Assembly (NCBI RefSeq): GCF_004010195.1
Contig: NC_057718.1
Coordinates: forward strand, 42,006,444-42,070,443
Reading direction: 5' to 3'
DNA: 64,000 nt
Source of the DNA: Chiloscyllium plagiosum
Taxonomy: Eukaryota
The notes beneath the pieces were generated by a model. That model searched no databases, had not been told where the DNA came from, and was given only the letters and a program-made list of their open reading frames with translations. The position numbers and the translations under genes are program-made. Below are positions 13,459 through 26,049 of the stretch, piece by piece; position 1 is the stretch's first letter, and each line of letters begins with the position of its first letter.

Positions 13459-15016
13459 AAATGAAATTTCCAGTTCAGTGAGCAAACCTACATCTGTGGA
13501 TCTCATCAAATTCACCATCAAAATGGCACTTACCTTCCCCCTCCGTCCTGGTCTTCATTCCAGTCATTTTCCAGTTGCATTTCACATTAAGAGAATGGCA
13601 AATGATGGCAAGGAACATAGCTCAGGGTAGACACCATCAGTATTGGGCTCTGCCTTGTCATCAGGTATTTCCCTGAAACCTTCATGTTCCCTTTGATCTT
13701 GCACAACCCCGACAGCCCATTTCCACTCACCACTCTCTAATGTGGAGACCCAACACATCAAACTTCACCTTTCACTGTCCTTCCTGTCGCAAGAACTCTG
13801 ACATTACACATTAAGAATGTCCACTCTGTTCCCCATCGCATTCCTTATGGAGGCCAAGGTAGTGGCCAATGTCAATAATACCCCTCCCAAGCCTACTGTG
13901 CCTTCCAATGAGGTTCTGCTTACCTTCAAGCCACCTTGAGCTTTCCCCCACCTCAATGTACTTGCCCCACTTCTACGCAAATCTTATCTTTTCTCTGTCA
14001 CCACTCACCATTCCTCACCACACAGTTCAGTGGATGGGCCCCAAGGCTCCACAACTCTGACCACCTTCAATATCATGTGGGACTGACTAGACTCTTGATC
14101 AATGACATATAATTCCTCCAACTGCTTGTGCTGGCCCTACACCACTGACTGGTGTCCACTGTGAATGAGGAGGACTATGTGCAGACTGTGCCTGTGACTG
14201 ATCGTGTTGAGACCTTCTGATAGAAAGCAGTCCCCCGTAATTGGAGTGAAGACTAACCCTCACCAGTTTCTGACATGACCATTTGGTTGAATACAGTGCA
14301 GTGTGTTTGCTACACAAGTAGCTGGCACATGCTGTCGCTGGTAGATTGAAGTCTCGATGTATCATTCATAAATATGAGCCCCTCCACCTCAACAAGCTCT
14401 TAATGACACGCAACTTGTCTGTATGCCTGCACAAAAGAGCCTGTCAACACAGCAGTGCTGGTAGCTCTTGGGTCTCGGAGTCACTAATACGCCAACAAGC
14501 AAGTCAAAGCAAAGCAAGACAAGACAAGACTTGAATACTGCAAACATGGAGGTAGATGCTAAGTGAGTGATAAGAAAGCAAACAAGTAGCCTTGAAATAC
14601 AGCCTGATTCAATTCATGAATGAGGGTGCAAGTCTGTGCGCATAAAGTGTCCTTGCTCCAGTTTTTTTGCTCCAGAGCACCCTACATTGCAAGTTTATTC
14701 TTCTTGAGTGGCTTACACATGGATTGGAGAAGTCTTATGATGGTCATGAAACATTGGCAAACATTGGATGCCAATGTCTGTGAATGAGATGTACATGCTG
14801 CTTTGCCCATAGATTATGCCCAGAGCTGCTGTTTACTGCTGAGCTACACGGAGGCTCCTCACAGCCAACAGTGATCTGAAGTCATCAGATATCTGCTCTG
14901 TGTCCCATGGTGAGAATTCTCAAAGGAGAAAGTGAGGACTGCAGATGCTGGAGATCAGAACTGAAAATGTGTTGCTGGAAAAGCGCAGCAGGTCAGGCAG
15001 CATCCAAGGAGCAGGA

Positions 15017-15054
15017 GAATCGACGTTTCGGGCATGAGCCCTTCTTCAGGAATC
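15017..15054 (-). ncRNA. Minimal type I hammerhead ribozyme
   Basis: Minus strand reads ATTC-CTGAAGA-A-GGGC-TCAT-GCCC-GAAA-CG-TC-GATT. The catalytic core is complete. Confidence 0.8.
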
Positions 15055-15061
15055 AGATTCA

Positions 15062-15097
15062 ATTCCTGAAGAAGGGCTCATGCCCGAAACGTCGATT
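15062..15097 (+). ncRNA. Minimal type I hammerhead ribozyme
   Basis: ATTC-CTGAAGA(15066-15072)-A-GGGC-TCAT-GCCC-GAAA-CG-TC-GATT. Predicted cleavage is after GUC at 15093. Confidence 0.8.
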
Positions 15098-17275
15098 TTC
15101 CTGCTGCTTGGATGCTGCCTGACCTGCTGCGCCTTTCCAGCAACACATTTTCAGCTGAGAATTCTCAATGTCTAGTTTGTTTGGTGTGTTTGATTAATAA
15201 GGTTTTTAACAAGCTATATTGCCCTTTAACTGGCAATTCGCCACTGCCTAGCAAGAAATGAATAAAACAGCCAGCAAAGTGCTTCCAATAGCAAAAAAGG
15301 CCTTCTGCCAGAACTGTCACCAGAGCTTATATTGCTTAAGTCCCCATAAGATTCCACACCTAATATTCTTTGAGTGAACATTCTTCTTTTCCATTGTGTC
15401 TCTGTGAAAGGTCTTGCAGCTATTTTTACAGTAAAGACACCGTCTAAATACAAACTCATGTTGAACATCTATTAATTACAATATTTTCTGTTTTCATTTT
15501 AGATTGCTGGCATTGGCATTTTCTTCTTTTTTATTATACAAGTCATCTTATCTGACAGCAAGCTTTATTCTCTTAGCTGGTCACAGACAGCTCTGACATT
15601 GAAATCATAGAGAAGTCTATAGCTGCTCATTGCATTCCCCTCCCCATGAACATCCATTCCACTCTACTTAGTAAATGGTAATATTGTGGCAAAGGCTTAT
15701 ATAATAAAGAAAATTGAAGAGGAATCAAGTCAAAGTGTAAGCTTCTTATTCTCACCACTGTCAAACATCGCTTTAGCATCAGAAAAATGGTCATTAAAAT
15801 TATAGCACTCGAAGCCTGCACATCAGTGTTTTGCCTTTCCAGTGAACAGCAGATGGGAACCAAAAAATGTTCACAATGTTGTGATGTGATTTAAATCAGT
15901 TGATGCATTTTGATTGCACAACTAAAAATTACTCCTTTAAAACAGCAGAATTTGTTGTTCAAGTCTTAAGTCAGTCTTTAACAGTTAATTTAGAAAAAAA
16001 GTAACATGACCAAACTGTTCCATTTTGGAGCGACACAGAGCTTGCTGTGCCCATTTTATGTTCCCATTTAATGAAGCTGTTAAAGCAGCAAGAATGACAG
16101 GTTAATTATCCTTTATGAAAGTGGGACAAATTGAACTGTGTCTTTCCATCATTTTTTGATATATCAAGAAGCTCCTGAGGTGCTCAGCCGTCACTCTGGT
16201 GAATACAGCAACTAATCCACTCCACTATTCTCTCTTGACCTGGGTCTCACCAACAGGGGTTTGCAGTATATTGCAGCAGTTTTTGTTTCACATTCAACAG
16301 ATTTCTCTTTATTATGAATTCCAAAAGATTTTTTTTTGAACAGCCATCCATATGTTGGTTGACAGCTCCTGAAATAACTGATGGCTAAATTTAAACTATG
16401 ATGAAAATTAACCCAAGTGTTAAATGCAAACAGACCTGTTCAGAAGAAACCTATCGTGGCAGATGCCAAACAGTCAAAAAATTGTGTAAATTAATGGAGC
16501 CTCACTGGTGACAAGCTGTCAGCAGGTTTGATGGCTTGTGCTTGTGCTTCAGTCCCACAGAACTTGGCCAGAGGGCAGCGTGGACAAGTCTTGTGTTTGA
16601 AAAGACCACGGGAAGCTTGACAGTATTGTTAACTAGATCATCAGCAGTTCATGGTCATAAAGGAATGAATATTCTACAGCCTGCATCAAATATATTTTAG
16701 AATTCATTACATTTTTCATTATTAACCTACATATCTACTGAACTGCTTAATGTAATAATACTGTTTTTAAAAATAACCAAATTTTACACTGGAACTATTT
16801 CATCTTATTTTGACAGAATAACACTCGATACAGAAATTATTCTTTGTTGGCATGGATTCCCTCTGACTGTTATTGTAAGCATCACATATCTCATCAGGTT
16901 ATTAGTTTAAACTTTAATATTTCCAGTACACTGGAACTCACATCTCCCAATCAAACTATATTCTTCACTCAGAACTTGGCGGAAAGATAGCATTGAACAA
17001 TTCAATATATTAATTACGTATTCAACAAAGAATGGTTGCACCTTATCAAAAGCAAGCAATGCTAAAAATGAATGAAATGTACCTGTTATAGATAGAGGAT
17101 TAGTCATTGGACTAGGGAAGAATGGCACTGAATTTTCATGTACCAAATAGATATCAAATCTTCATATATCACAACATAACAGAGAAAGAGGCAATAAAAA
17201 AGAATGAAGAATAAATACCCCTATATTGAAATTGCTACTGCAGAGCTATTTTATGTGAATAAACCTGTTTGAAGG

Positions 17276-17898
17276 CAGTCTAAATATATAATTTTAAAAT
17301 GATTAAAGATAGTATAAGAAAACTTAGATCAGTAAATCAATAAACTTTGCAAGGGATATTAATCATTTTTGCTGAAATGCTGAAAGATAATTTTTCGAAC
17401 CTTATTTTGACCCTTGATTTCACATAATGATCTGCATTTGACTGTAACCAGGTCCTTCGTCCTCATAGGCTAAATGTTAAGTTTAACCCAGAATTATTAT
17501 GGCTACAAACGTGGGAGTAAATATAACGGAAGTGAGAAGTTGTCTATTTGGGTACGCATCATTGTAAAGAGCTTGACTATCTCCACATGATAGAGGTATT
17601 TCAGAAAACTGCAAATTATGTTTGTTCAGCAGCAAAGTTATTCTGTGGATGTCTGATCCATGTAGCAGATTACAATACCTTTGACTTTGCAAACTTTACC
17701 AGTGTGGCGATATGAACTAAGTAACTACATCTTGTGTCCGAAACAGCCAAATGCTTGTTTCTATTCGTCTACTGCTGGACTCCTTTATCTGAATGCATCT
17801 GGTTAATGACAGTCTAAAATATAATTTTAGAATGATTAAAGATAGTATAAGAACACAGGGATCAGTAAATCAATAAACTTTGTAAGGAATATTAATCA
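17276..17898 (+). repeat. Dispersed direct duplication of about 90 bp (17276-17365 and 17810-17898)
   Basis: CAGTCTAAA.ATATAATTTTA.AATGATTAAAGATAGTATAAGAA...GATCAGTAAATCAATAAACTTTG.AAGG.ATATTAATCA occurs twice. Confidence 0.9.
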
Positions 17899-20014
17899 AG
17901 AATATGAGATAAATCCTTAACCTCTTCCACTTTAACTTCCCATCAAAGAACCATCTGGAAATTTACTGTCATATTTAGGGAAGTAATGGTTTCCTAAATT
18001 TAGCTCACTAAGATTATTTTCCATCTCATGGCTAAAATATATTAACAGTTACATTACCGACTCCTTATTAGGATATAAGCAAGCTACCGAATAAATGATT
18101 TAACCTCATCTTGACAAAATCATCAAGGGACATCATACCATGAAATCCTGAACTGACATTTCATTAATAATTTATTTATGTTAATACAATTAACGGCATT
18201 TTAATATTGAATAATAAGAGTACACACAGTATTGCAGGAGAAGATATAACAAGTAGAAGAAGGTGCAGGAAGTGTATCAGAGTAAATTAGCATCATTTAG
18301 GGTACATTTATTACAAATGTTCAAGGTTGGTCCATTTACAATAATGTTATTTAAACTTCGCTCCATGCATGGCTGACAATTAGTAGCCCTGAACTACAAG
18401 TCTATCAGATGTATTAAAGTCAAGTTAATTTGGCAATGATTCCAAAAGTTCAAATAACCTCAACTTTCTGAGTTGCGGTGATAAGATTGGTGTCTTGTCT
18501 TCATTTAGGATGCTTAAGAAAACCTTTAGAATTTCTCCTTATCATCATAACAGTTTGGATATCTTTTGAAATGTTCCACTTTAGTGGCGTTAACCTTCAG
18601 TCTATTCTCAGAAACTTGACAGCTACAAGATGGAATTGTAAGATGTTTTTAAAGCAATGTTTGCATGATCACCCAATGTAATTTCAGCAGAGGATTGTCA
18701 GAAACCAAGAGAAGGTGTACAGTTAGCCCTTGTGCCTCATTTCTGGGTGTTCTGCCAAAGAAATTCCAGGTGAAAATCTTTCTTAATTCCTGCCAACTTT
18801 AACTCTATTTAATATGCTATGAGCAAAGGGCAGGTAATAGGACTAGCTGAACTTTGTGGATAACAAGCACAGAGTTAATGGGCCAAATGGCCTTCTACTG
18901 TCCTATAAACTTTCTATGATTCTATTAACCTCGCATTTGAATGACTTCTTTCTCTCAGATCTTTTGGTCTAGATTTTTGTGCCTTCCTCTGGGTTGGAAC
19001 AAAGGTGAGGGATTTAAAGTTGGTGGCTGTAATCTGAATACAGGATCCCTATCTTCATTCCCAGAGTGTGTGATTTTTATGGCCTTAGGATAAAGGTGTG
19101 ACAGGCAAGTCCACATGCAGCAATCCCATCCTGCTTATCCTTTGCAGGAAAAGGGAATTTTAGATCTCCTGCTGTTTTCATAGATCTGAGGCATCTTATT
19201 AGAAGACCTGGTTCACAACATGTCAGAGGAGTTGTAAACCTTGAGAAAGACCTGTTGTGGAGTCAGCAACCTAATGACAGGTAACTTCAGAAGTCTCAAC
19301 TTCTAATATCATTGTTAGTTGCTTTGTAGTAAGTTAAATATGTCACTAATACATTGATTGCCATGTTAAGGACTCTGTCCTTAAATGACAAGTGATCAGT
19401 AAATTGAACCAGCATTCTGTGAGCATTCTAATGCATTTGAATCATTTCTCAAGTAGATAAAGTGCTCTTCTGAACTTAACACTGTTAGAAATAAGATATT
19501 TTTGTGTAAACTTTATCATCTGTTTTGATTTTTATATTGATTTAAGTCCAAACATTGGTTAAGCCTTTGGAATAGACCTTGTGCTATCTTTGGGAGCTCT
19601 GACGCCAGTCCATGTTTGGACCATACTATGAGAAAAGTATTGCCAGTCAGAAGATGGGATTTGTGCAATCAGGAAATGGCTCAAATCTTTCACTTTCTGT
19701 CACAGTACCATTTTTGATTATTACAGTAAATGCTTTCAGTACTTCAATCAATCTGTGTGATATATTTTGTTGTAAGTATTCCTTTATTTGGTGTCAGTAC
19801 ATTACACAGGCATAAACTAAGAATTCACACTGAGCAAATATGAATCACTTGCTCAGATTAAGGTTACTCTTTGGTTGTGAAAATTATACTGACTTCTTAG
19901 GCTTTCCATCAGAGTATGAGAATGGGCTCTGAAAACCCCTCTCACATTTCCTAGCTTTAAAAGATGGCTTAAGATGGGATGTTGTTAAGTTTAGCAGCAA
20001 ATGGTGCAATTACA

Positions 20015-20347
20015 TAGAATACCTAGAGTATGGGAACACGTCCTTCAGCCCAACAAGTCCACACTGACCCTCTGAAGAGTAATCCACCTAGATCCATTCT
20101 ATTACTCTACGTTTCCCCTGACTAAGGCACCTAAGCTACACATCCCTGAATACTATGGGCAATTTAGCATGGCCAATTCACCTAACCTGCAAATCTTTGG
20201 ACTGTGGAAAGAAACCAAAGCACCCGTAGGAAACACATGCAGAAACAGGAAGAATGTGCAAACTCCACATAGACAGTCGTCCGAGGCTGGAATTGAACCC
20301 GGGTCCCTGGCACTGTGAGGCAGTAGGGCTGAGACACCATGCCACCC
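20015..20347 (-). mobile_element. HE1-like SINE
   Basis: Reverse complement of the 32245 copy, with A- and B-box-like head; more diverged. Confidence 0.9.
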
Positions 20348-23300
20348 CAACAAATCAGATAAATCCGTGGAGAAACGTAAGATGACATTTCAAATCATAT
20401 GTTCAGTATTCTCACGATAGGAGAATACTGTAGATTAGAAAGCATTTGGAAAAAGAACAGACAAGTGATAGGAGGTAGGGAAAACACAAAAAAGCAAAAA
20501 GATATCTGGGTGGGATATAGGGATGGTTGGGTAGCAGAAGCAATATTATCGAGACATGAGAAAAGAATTAAAACTCACATACAAGAAACAGAAAGGTTGT
20601 AAATACCTAATATCAGATGTATAGAGAGGGAGACATTCAAACGTCATGTGCTTTTGTAGCTTTTTACGCTTTTTGCTTTCAGATCAACAATAATTGCAGC
20701 AAATTGTATTCACTTCAAGTTCAGGATGGTCCTATTTTAAGCTAGCTGTCCACTGTTGAGAACTTCGCCACAAAGTTACTTTCTTGGAATATCTATGATT
20801 CTTTGCATTAGCTCTTTCCGTGTATTTTTGGTGCTTATTAGAATTGTTGTAAATACAGCTTTTCAAAAACATCTCCGGACATTTTAAAGGCACTTTTAAG
20901 TTATGTCTTCTACAGCATCCTGGTTATAATGTGTGAATGTTCATAGAAAAAAAAAGATTCTCAGACCATCTTCCTTTTGTAGAAGTGATAGTATGCTCAG
21001 ATTCAATGAAATTTTTTCATATATGAAAGAGATTCAGCAAACCAGTAACAGATTCTACAACCGTTCCTCCAAGTTTCATTCACTTATATAGATTGAAGTG
21101 GAACTAATTCATTGCCTGTTTTCAGATTTATAACCAGGAGTCAGCAAATAATCAGGAGTAGAAGCAGGAGCCATGAGACCAGACTGATATTAGTCCATGG
21201 GATTCATTAATGTTTCATTCCCAAGCTGCTGATGCTTGTCAAATCTCCACAAGTAGCCCCAGTCTTCACTTGCCACACGTCGCTGCCTGAAATAAAGTTC
21301 CAGGGAGCATTCATCACAATGATCATAGAATTGGGAACACCTTGACTCTTCCTGACCACACAGATTTTTTCATATATGACAAATATTGACTGGGCCATAT
21401 GGACTGTTTAAAAGTGGTTCCAATTCCTGCTCCACTCAATCAACCAATTTTTGAAAGGCCCTAAAACCAGCAAAAAAAAACTTTCATTGGTATAAGGCCC
21501 AGTGCCTGTTTTGTCAGTCACCCAGAATGCTTTGTCGGGCATTGATTCCTGATATTGCAGGTGCAAATCAACTATTCTTTCCCAATTTAGTCCCCTTTTC
21601 CCTTTGTTTTCTGTCTGGTGGAGAGGTTCACTGAGTTCTGCTGGAAATAGTTAAAGATCTGTAAGCAAAGTTAATGTATCTGTCATCAGACAATAGGGCC
21701 TGGATTTTCCTCATCCACTTTGCCAAAAATCAGGTCAGATCGGTGGGAAAAGATGGTAGATATGGTTTGTGAGAGCCAGATTACTGTCACTTTTCTACCC
21801 TGGACTTAATTTTCTTGGCACTAGGAACTGCAGCTTGCTCCTAGACCTTTAGGTATCCTCTGCCTTGTTGGAAGATTACCACTTCTCCAGTACATCTGTA
21901 ACATTGGCAGAATATTACAGTACACCCTTTTGCAGAGTGCTTCCTACTTCGAACTCTCCAGGCAGTAGAAATTGTGTCTCAACCTATTCTCGCAGTGAAA
22001 CTGAAAACAGGTCTTACAGCTTTGATTCTATTTGCTAAGAGAAGTTTGAAAAACTAGATATTAAAATTAAATAGTTACTCAATTCAATTGTGTGAATTTA
22101 GTGAGCACCCTGAATAGTTTTAGTTTCTGTATATTTGTATATCTCCCTACAAATTCAAATCAATAGCCCAGACTGTGTTATATGGACTGACTGCAATATG
22201 TTTCATTTTAAGAGATGGCAGAAGAATATTGTGGGTATCCGATGTGTGCACTAGGAGGCAATTTGGAATTATTTGTTCAATCTAGACTTCCTTAAAGTTT
22301 GTTAGGGAACAAGTCATGTTGAGTCAGCCTGGATGGTGAGAGCAATGAGAACTGTAGATGGCAGATGGATTCTTACATTTTGTTGAATTACACTGAGTCC
22401 CAAACTCTCATGCAAGGAACAGTTACTGAATGGAGTTCAGACAATTCCCACAAAAGAACAAAATAATGTACAACCAGAGGATAAGTCACCTTACACAGCA
22501 CTTGAAAATCAACTTGGAGTGGCCTTGAATCAATCTAAAATAATATTAGCATTAGATTAAAGTTCTATTGATAAATGCGTGAATTCTTTTCAGGTTGTAT
22601 GTCCAAGAGCCACCATACAGATGGAAGACAGGTTTGTCAATCACCTTTCACATGCCAACGATAAACCTCAGTGATGAACATATGAAGACTGACATCCCTA
22701 AAATGGACGTTGTTTTATAAGAAAAGAATTGACAGCACTTTTTTTGATATGACATGTCATTGAATTTAAAAAAAAAACCTATATTGGCAACCCTTTGATG
22801 TTTGGGGTTGTTTTTGAACCACTTGAAACACTATAAAGGGTTTTGATCTATTTGAAATACATTCCAGGACACCTTGCTGGTATCCCACACTTTGAGCTTT
22901 GGTTCTTCACCTAGATTTCTCGATAAAAAGGTCAAATACGCAGCAACTAAAGGATACCTAAATCTAATCCTTCGTTCTCCTTTTGCTATTTGTCTCATTC
23001 TGTTTGGCAAGCAAGCAAAAAAAGATTACTAAGACCATTAAAAAAGTAAAAGATAGGGATATGATTATTGATCACTCATGGAAAATGCCTAAACAATATA
23101 TAGCTGCTATCAAAACTAATCATGAATTTTAATTTGACACAGGCATGTGGCTACAAGTGGAAACAATTTATTCTCACCTTATATTGATCATTGATCAAAC
23201 GCATTTGGGATGTTGTGAGCAGCTACCAGCATCTTTACCTTTGAAAGACATTAATACCAAGGAGAAGGTGAAGAGGGTAGGAGCAATAGTGATTCTTAGG

Positions 23301-23744
23301 CTTTTAAGTTATGAAGCTAAACTTAAGATATTGGCATTGTAGTCATGAGAGAAAACATTGCAAGCAGACTTTATGGTGGATTCAAACTCAGAACAGGTCT
23401 CTGAAAATAAATCCTTCTGGTAAGTTCAATGTATAAAAGGAGGCAATTTTAACCAGTTTATGGGAATTCTGCCAGTCCATTTCCTGCCTGTCTGACCAGA
23501 AAAAAAGGCTGCACAGTGACAGAAAAAGATCATCACTTGTTAGCTTCCAGGTAAGTGCTGTGGAGAGAGTCTCAAGGGTGTCTCACAGGATGGAAACAAG
23601 AGGAATACCAGGAAGAAGAGTCCACAGTTTTCCAATCTTCTGGATAGCTACTAAACCTAGTTCCATCTGGAGGGAGCCAGGCCTCAGTTACATTGCCATT
23701 GGCATAATGCCTTTGAGCGATATGGATAATTAGTCAGGATTAAG

Positions 23745-23940
23745 CAAATACCAACTCTACCTATATCTCTCATTATTTTATAAACTTCCATCCTGTCACT
23801 GCTCAACCTCTTATGCTCTAGTGAGAAAACTCCCAGACTAACCAGACTTTCTTTACAACTCAAACCTTCCATACCTGGCAACACCCAGGTAAATCTCTCC
23901 TGAACCCTCTCCAGTTTGATAATATCCTTCCTCTTACCTT
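23745..23940 (-). mobile_element. CR1 ORF2 C-terminal fragment
   Basis: RKDIIKLERVQERFTWVLPGMEGLSCKESL..LGVFSLEHKRL..D.MEVYKIMR. Confidence 0.85.
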
Positions 23941-24917
23941 GCCGCTTGTGAAGTGGATAAAAGATGGCATGAGTTGTTTTCAATGTCAAGATGGGCCTAA
24001 CCAGATATCTCACCCAACTCTGCCACAAATCTCATCATAGTCCATGTCATTCACAGCCTTAAAGGTTTCCACCCTATTCATCTGAAATGACATAAATTTA
24101 AGGGTCACTCAAGGTGAAAGAGGCCAAGAGGTGGTTGTTGGTTGCGGGTAGTGTTGTAAGAAATGTGTGTAGTTACTGAAAGTGGCAGCACTGATTAATA
24201 AAGACTTAATAGTGGATGAGAAGTCCTGGGTGGTATAAATGGAGCAATAGGGTATGATTTTCTGAAACTTTGGAGGCAGGTTTGGGGATGTTGGTCTGAG
24301 GAAAATGGAAAAATGTACATCAGATCAGGATTCTGACACAACGCCACCCCCACGTGGCTTTTCTGGGAGCAGATTGAGAATACAAAGGGAAATTCACATG
24401 GTTGAGGCAAGAAGACAATTGAAGTTGTTTGGAAAGTCATTAGAGACACATTTATCCACAAATTTCATCTTTGTCAACAGAACATGGGCTCCATGGAAGA
24501 GGCAAAAGGAGGATTTTATTTAATCAAACTGAGGATTTGTTCGTCTAAAGAGCGCCAGTCCTGGCCATTGACAGGCTGCTGGTTAAAGCATTTCTCTGCT
24601 CAGAAAATGCCATCACTTCTTGTCAGGTGACTGCCAACTTCTTAGAAGACATTTCACCTTTTCAGGCATTCCAGCCGTCTTCAGACGCATTTCCATGCTG
24701 CCATTCTTCACACAGGACATTATATTATACAACTCTATATTTCACCCCCACTGAGGGACAAGGGCAGGGAGCTCACTGCTTCTGAAAGTTGCAGCAGCAG
24801 CAGCAGTTGTCTTCTTCTCAGATATATGCTCTTCTGCAGAGCAGTGGGGATGGACATTGAGACTCAGCCAGAATGGAAAGAAATCCCCAGCACAGGGTCT
24901 ACAGGCAGAGATTCAAT

Positions 24918-25050
24918 ATATTTCCTGATGAAGGGTTTTTGCCCGAAACATCGATTCTCCTGCTCCTTGAATGCTGCCTGACCTGCTGTGCTTTTCCAGT
25001 ACCAAACTCTCAACTCTAATCTCCAGCATCCGCAGTCCTCAATCTCAGCT
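24918..25050 (+). mobile_element. Single-arm PLE-derived mini-element with a hammerhead at about 24922-24956
   Basis: CTGATGA-A-GGGT-TTTT-GCCC-GAAA-CA-TC. 11-bp TSD AGAGATTCAAT at 24907-24917 and 25051-25061. Confidence 0.8.
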
Positions 25051-25539
25051 AGAGATTCAATCTCTGAACATCAGCATCTAGGGAGGTTTGGACTCCCATG
25101 ACAGGTCATTGATAACAACTGCAGTCACCTAAAAAAGACCAGACAGACATGCATTGTCAACGGCTGATAGGGGTCCAACACTGAAGAGCTATCACATCAC
25201 CTAGTCCCTACCACCTCACTTCTCTTCCTTTTGCCAAATGGTGCCTGTCTTTTCCTACAAGGCAAGAAAAGCAGGTCAATGTAAATGTGCATAATTGCTT
25301 GTCTATTGCTATTTGTTCAGGGTGACTGTGAGGCTTGGAAGCAACAAAGCCATCAGCTGGGGTCATTGAGCTTGTTGGCTATTGAAATGGGAATGCGAGG
25401 ATTTGCAGACAAAGGAATACATAGAACCGCAAACAATACTCTTCTGAAAAGTGCTGTGCATTAAAATACCAGGAAAGACAGAGTCTGGAGAATTAATATC
25501 TGAAAGTGTTACGTTATTCATTTGTGTAGCCTTCCTATG

Positions 25540-25700
25540 ACCCTGAATCCATTTGGTTCACTGTCTCCAGTTTGGAGAGGAGACACTTCAGCTGGAGATT
25601 TCCATCCAAACCTGCACAGTTGGAAGGTTTGCCTTCTTCCTCCTGCCTTCCTGAAGAAGCTCACCCTCATTGTAAACCGTCCACATCTTCAGCTGGAACT
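25540..25700 (-). mobile_element. Possible Myb/SANT-like (Harbinger ORF2-type) remnant
   Basis: The minus strand, with frameshifts, reads VWMEIS.AEVS....WRQ*TKW, resembling W.EIA..V....R...QC.KKW. Confidence 0.3.
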
Positions 25701-26049
25701 TCAGGTATGAGACTCAGTGAGTAGCTTTCCCATGTCTGCTTGCACTTTCTGTAGGTGCTGTGTTGTTGGACAAATCCAGGTGTTGCTTTCCAAAACCTTA
25801 GGGAAAACTAAGGGCTTTTACTGAAATATACTACCATCCCATTAAACAGACGAAATGCCTGTGTCAGCCCACTCACCTTCCCAAATTAGTTGGCCAACCA
25901 AGAGACGTAAGTTTTGCTCTGAGAAAAATTAATGAGAAGGCCCATATATTGAGAAGTCCAGTTCTGAACCTGAAAACAATGTCGTTGGTGCACGAGGAAC
26001 TAAGTCAATACGTTTCTCTCACCAAGTACAAAAGCCATAAAGACGTGTG

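Larger units (their letters stand above)
11819..13496 (+). mobile_element. Penelope-like element (Penelope/Poseidon-type), 5' truncated, with an inverted 5' segment
   Basis: RT ORF 12129-12578 (MVSSDVTALFTSI, TPMGSPISGFLAE, HYMDGTF). GIY-YIG remnant IIYKIPCKDSNKHDIGQ at about 13010-13065. 11819-12015 is an inverted copy of its own 3' terminus and internal sequence. 12-bp TSD TGGATCTCATCA at 11807-11818 and 13497-13508. Confidence 0.92.
14924..15155. mobile_element. Fold-back PLE-derived mini-element, family 1, with two hammerheads
   Basis: Near-perfect inverted arms of about 93 bp around a loop at 15054-15061. 13-bp TSD TGAGAATTCTCAA at 14911-14923 and 15156-15168. The left part matches the PLE end at 41828-41955. 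Confidence 0.9.

Noticed and set aside
14907..15122. Recurrent peptide CCWKSAAGQAASKEQENRRFG in several ORFs
   Set aside because: It is the translation of the non-coding PLE terminal repeat, not a gene family.
15502..15610. Strong 3' splice-site-like sequence followed by a hydrophobic peptide; similar cases at 22594, 26638 and 28925
   Set aside because: No recognisable protein and no consistent exon chain.
21696..22449. Possible non-autonomous DNA transposon (GGGCCTGGATTTTCC...ACAATTCCCC ends)
   Set aside because: The termini are too degenerate and there is no TSD to support the boundaries.
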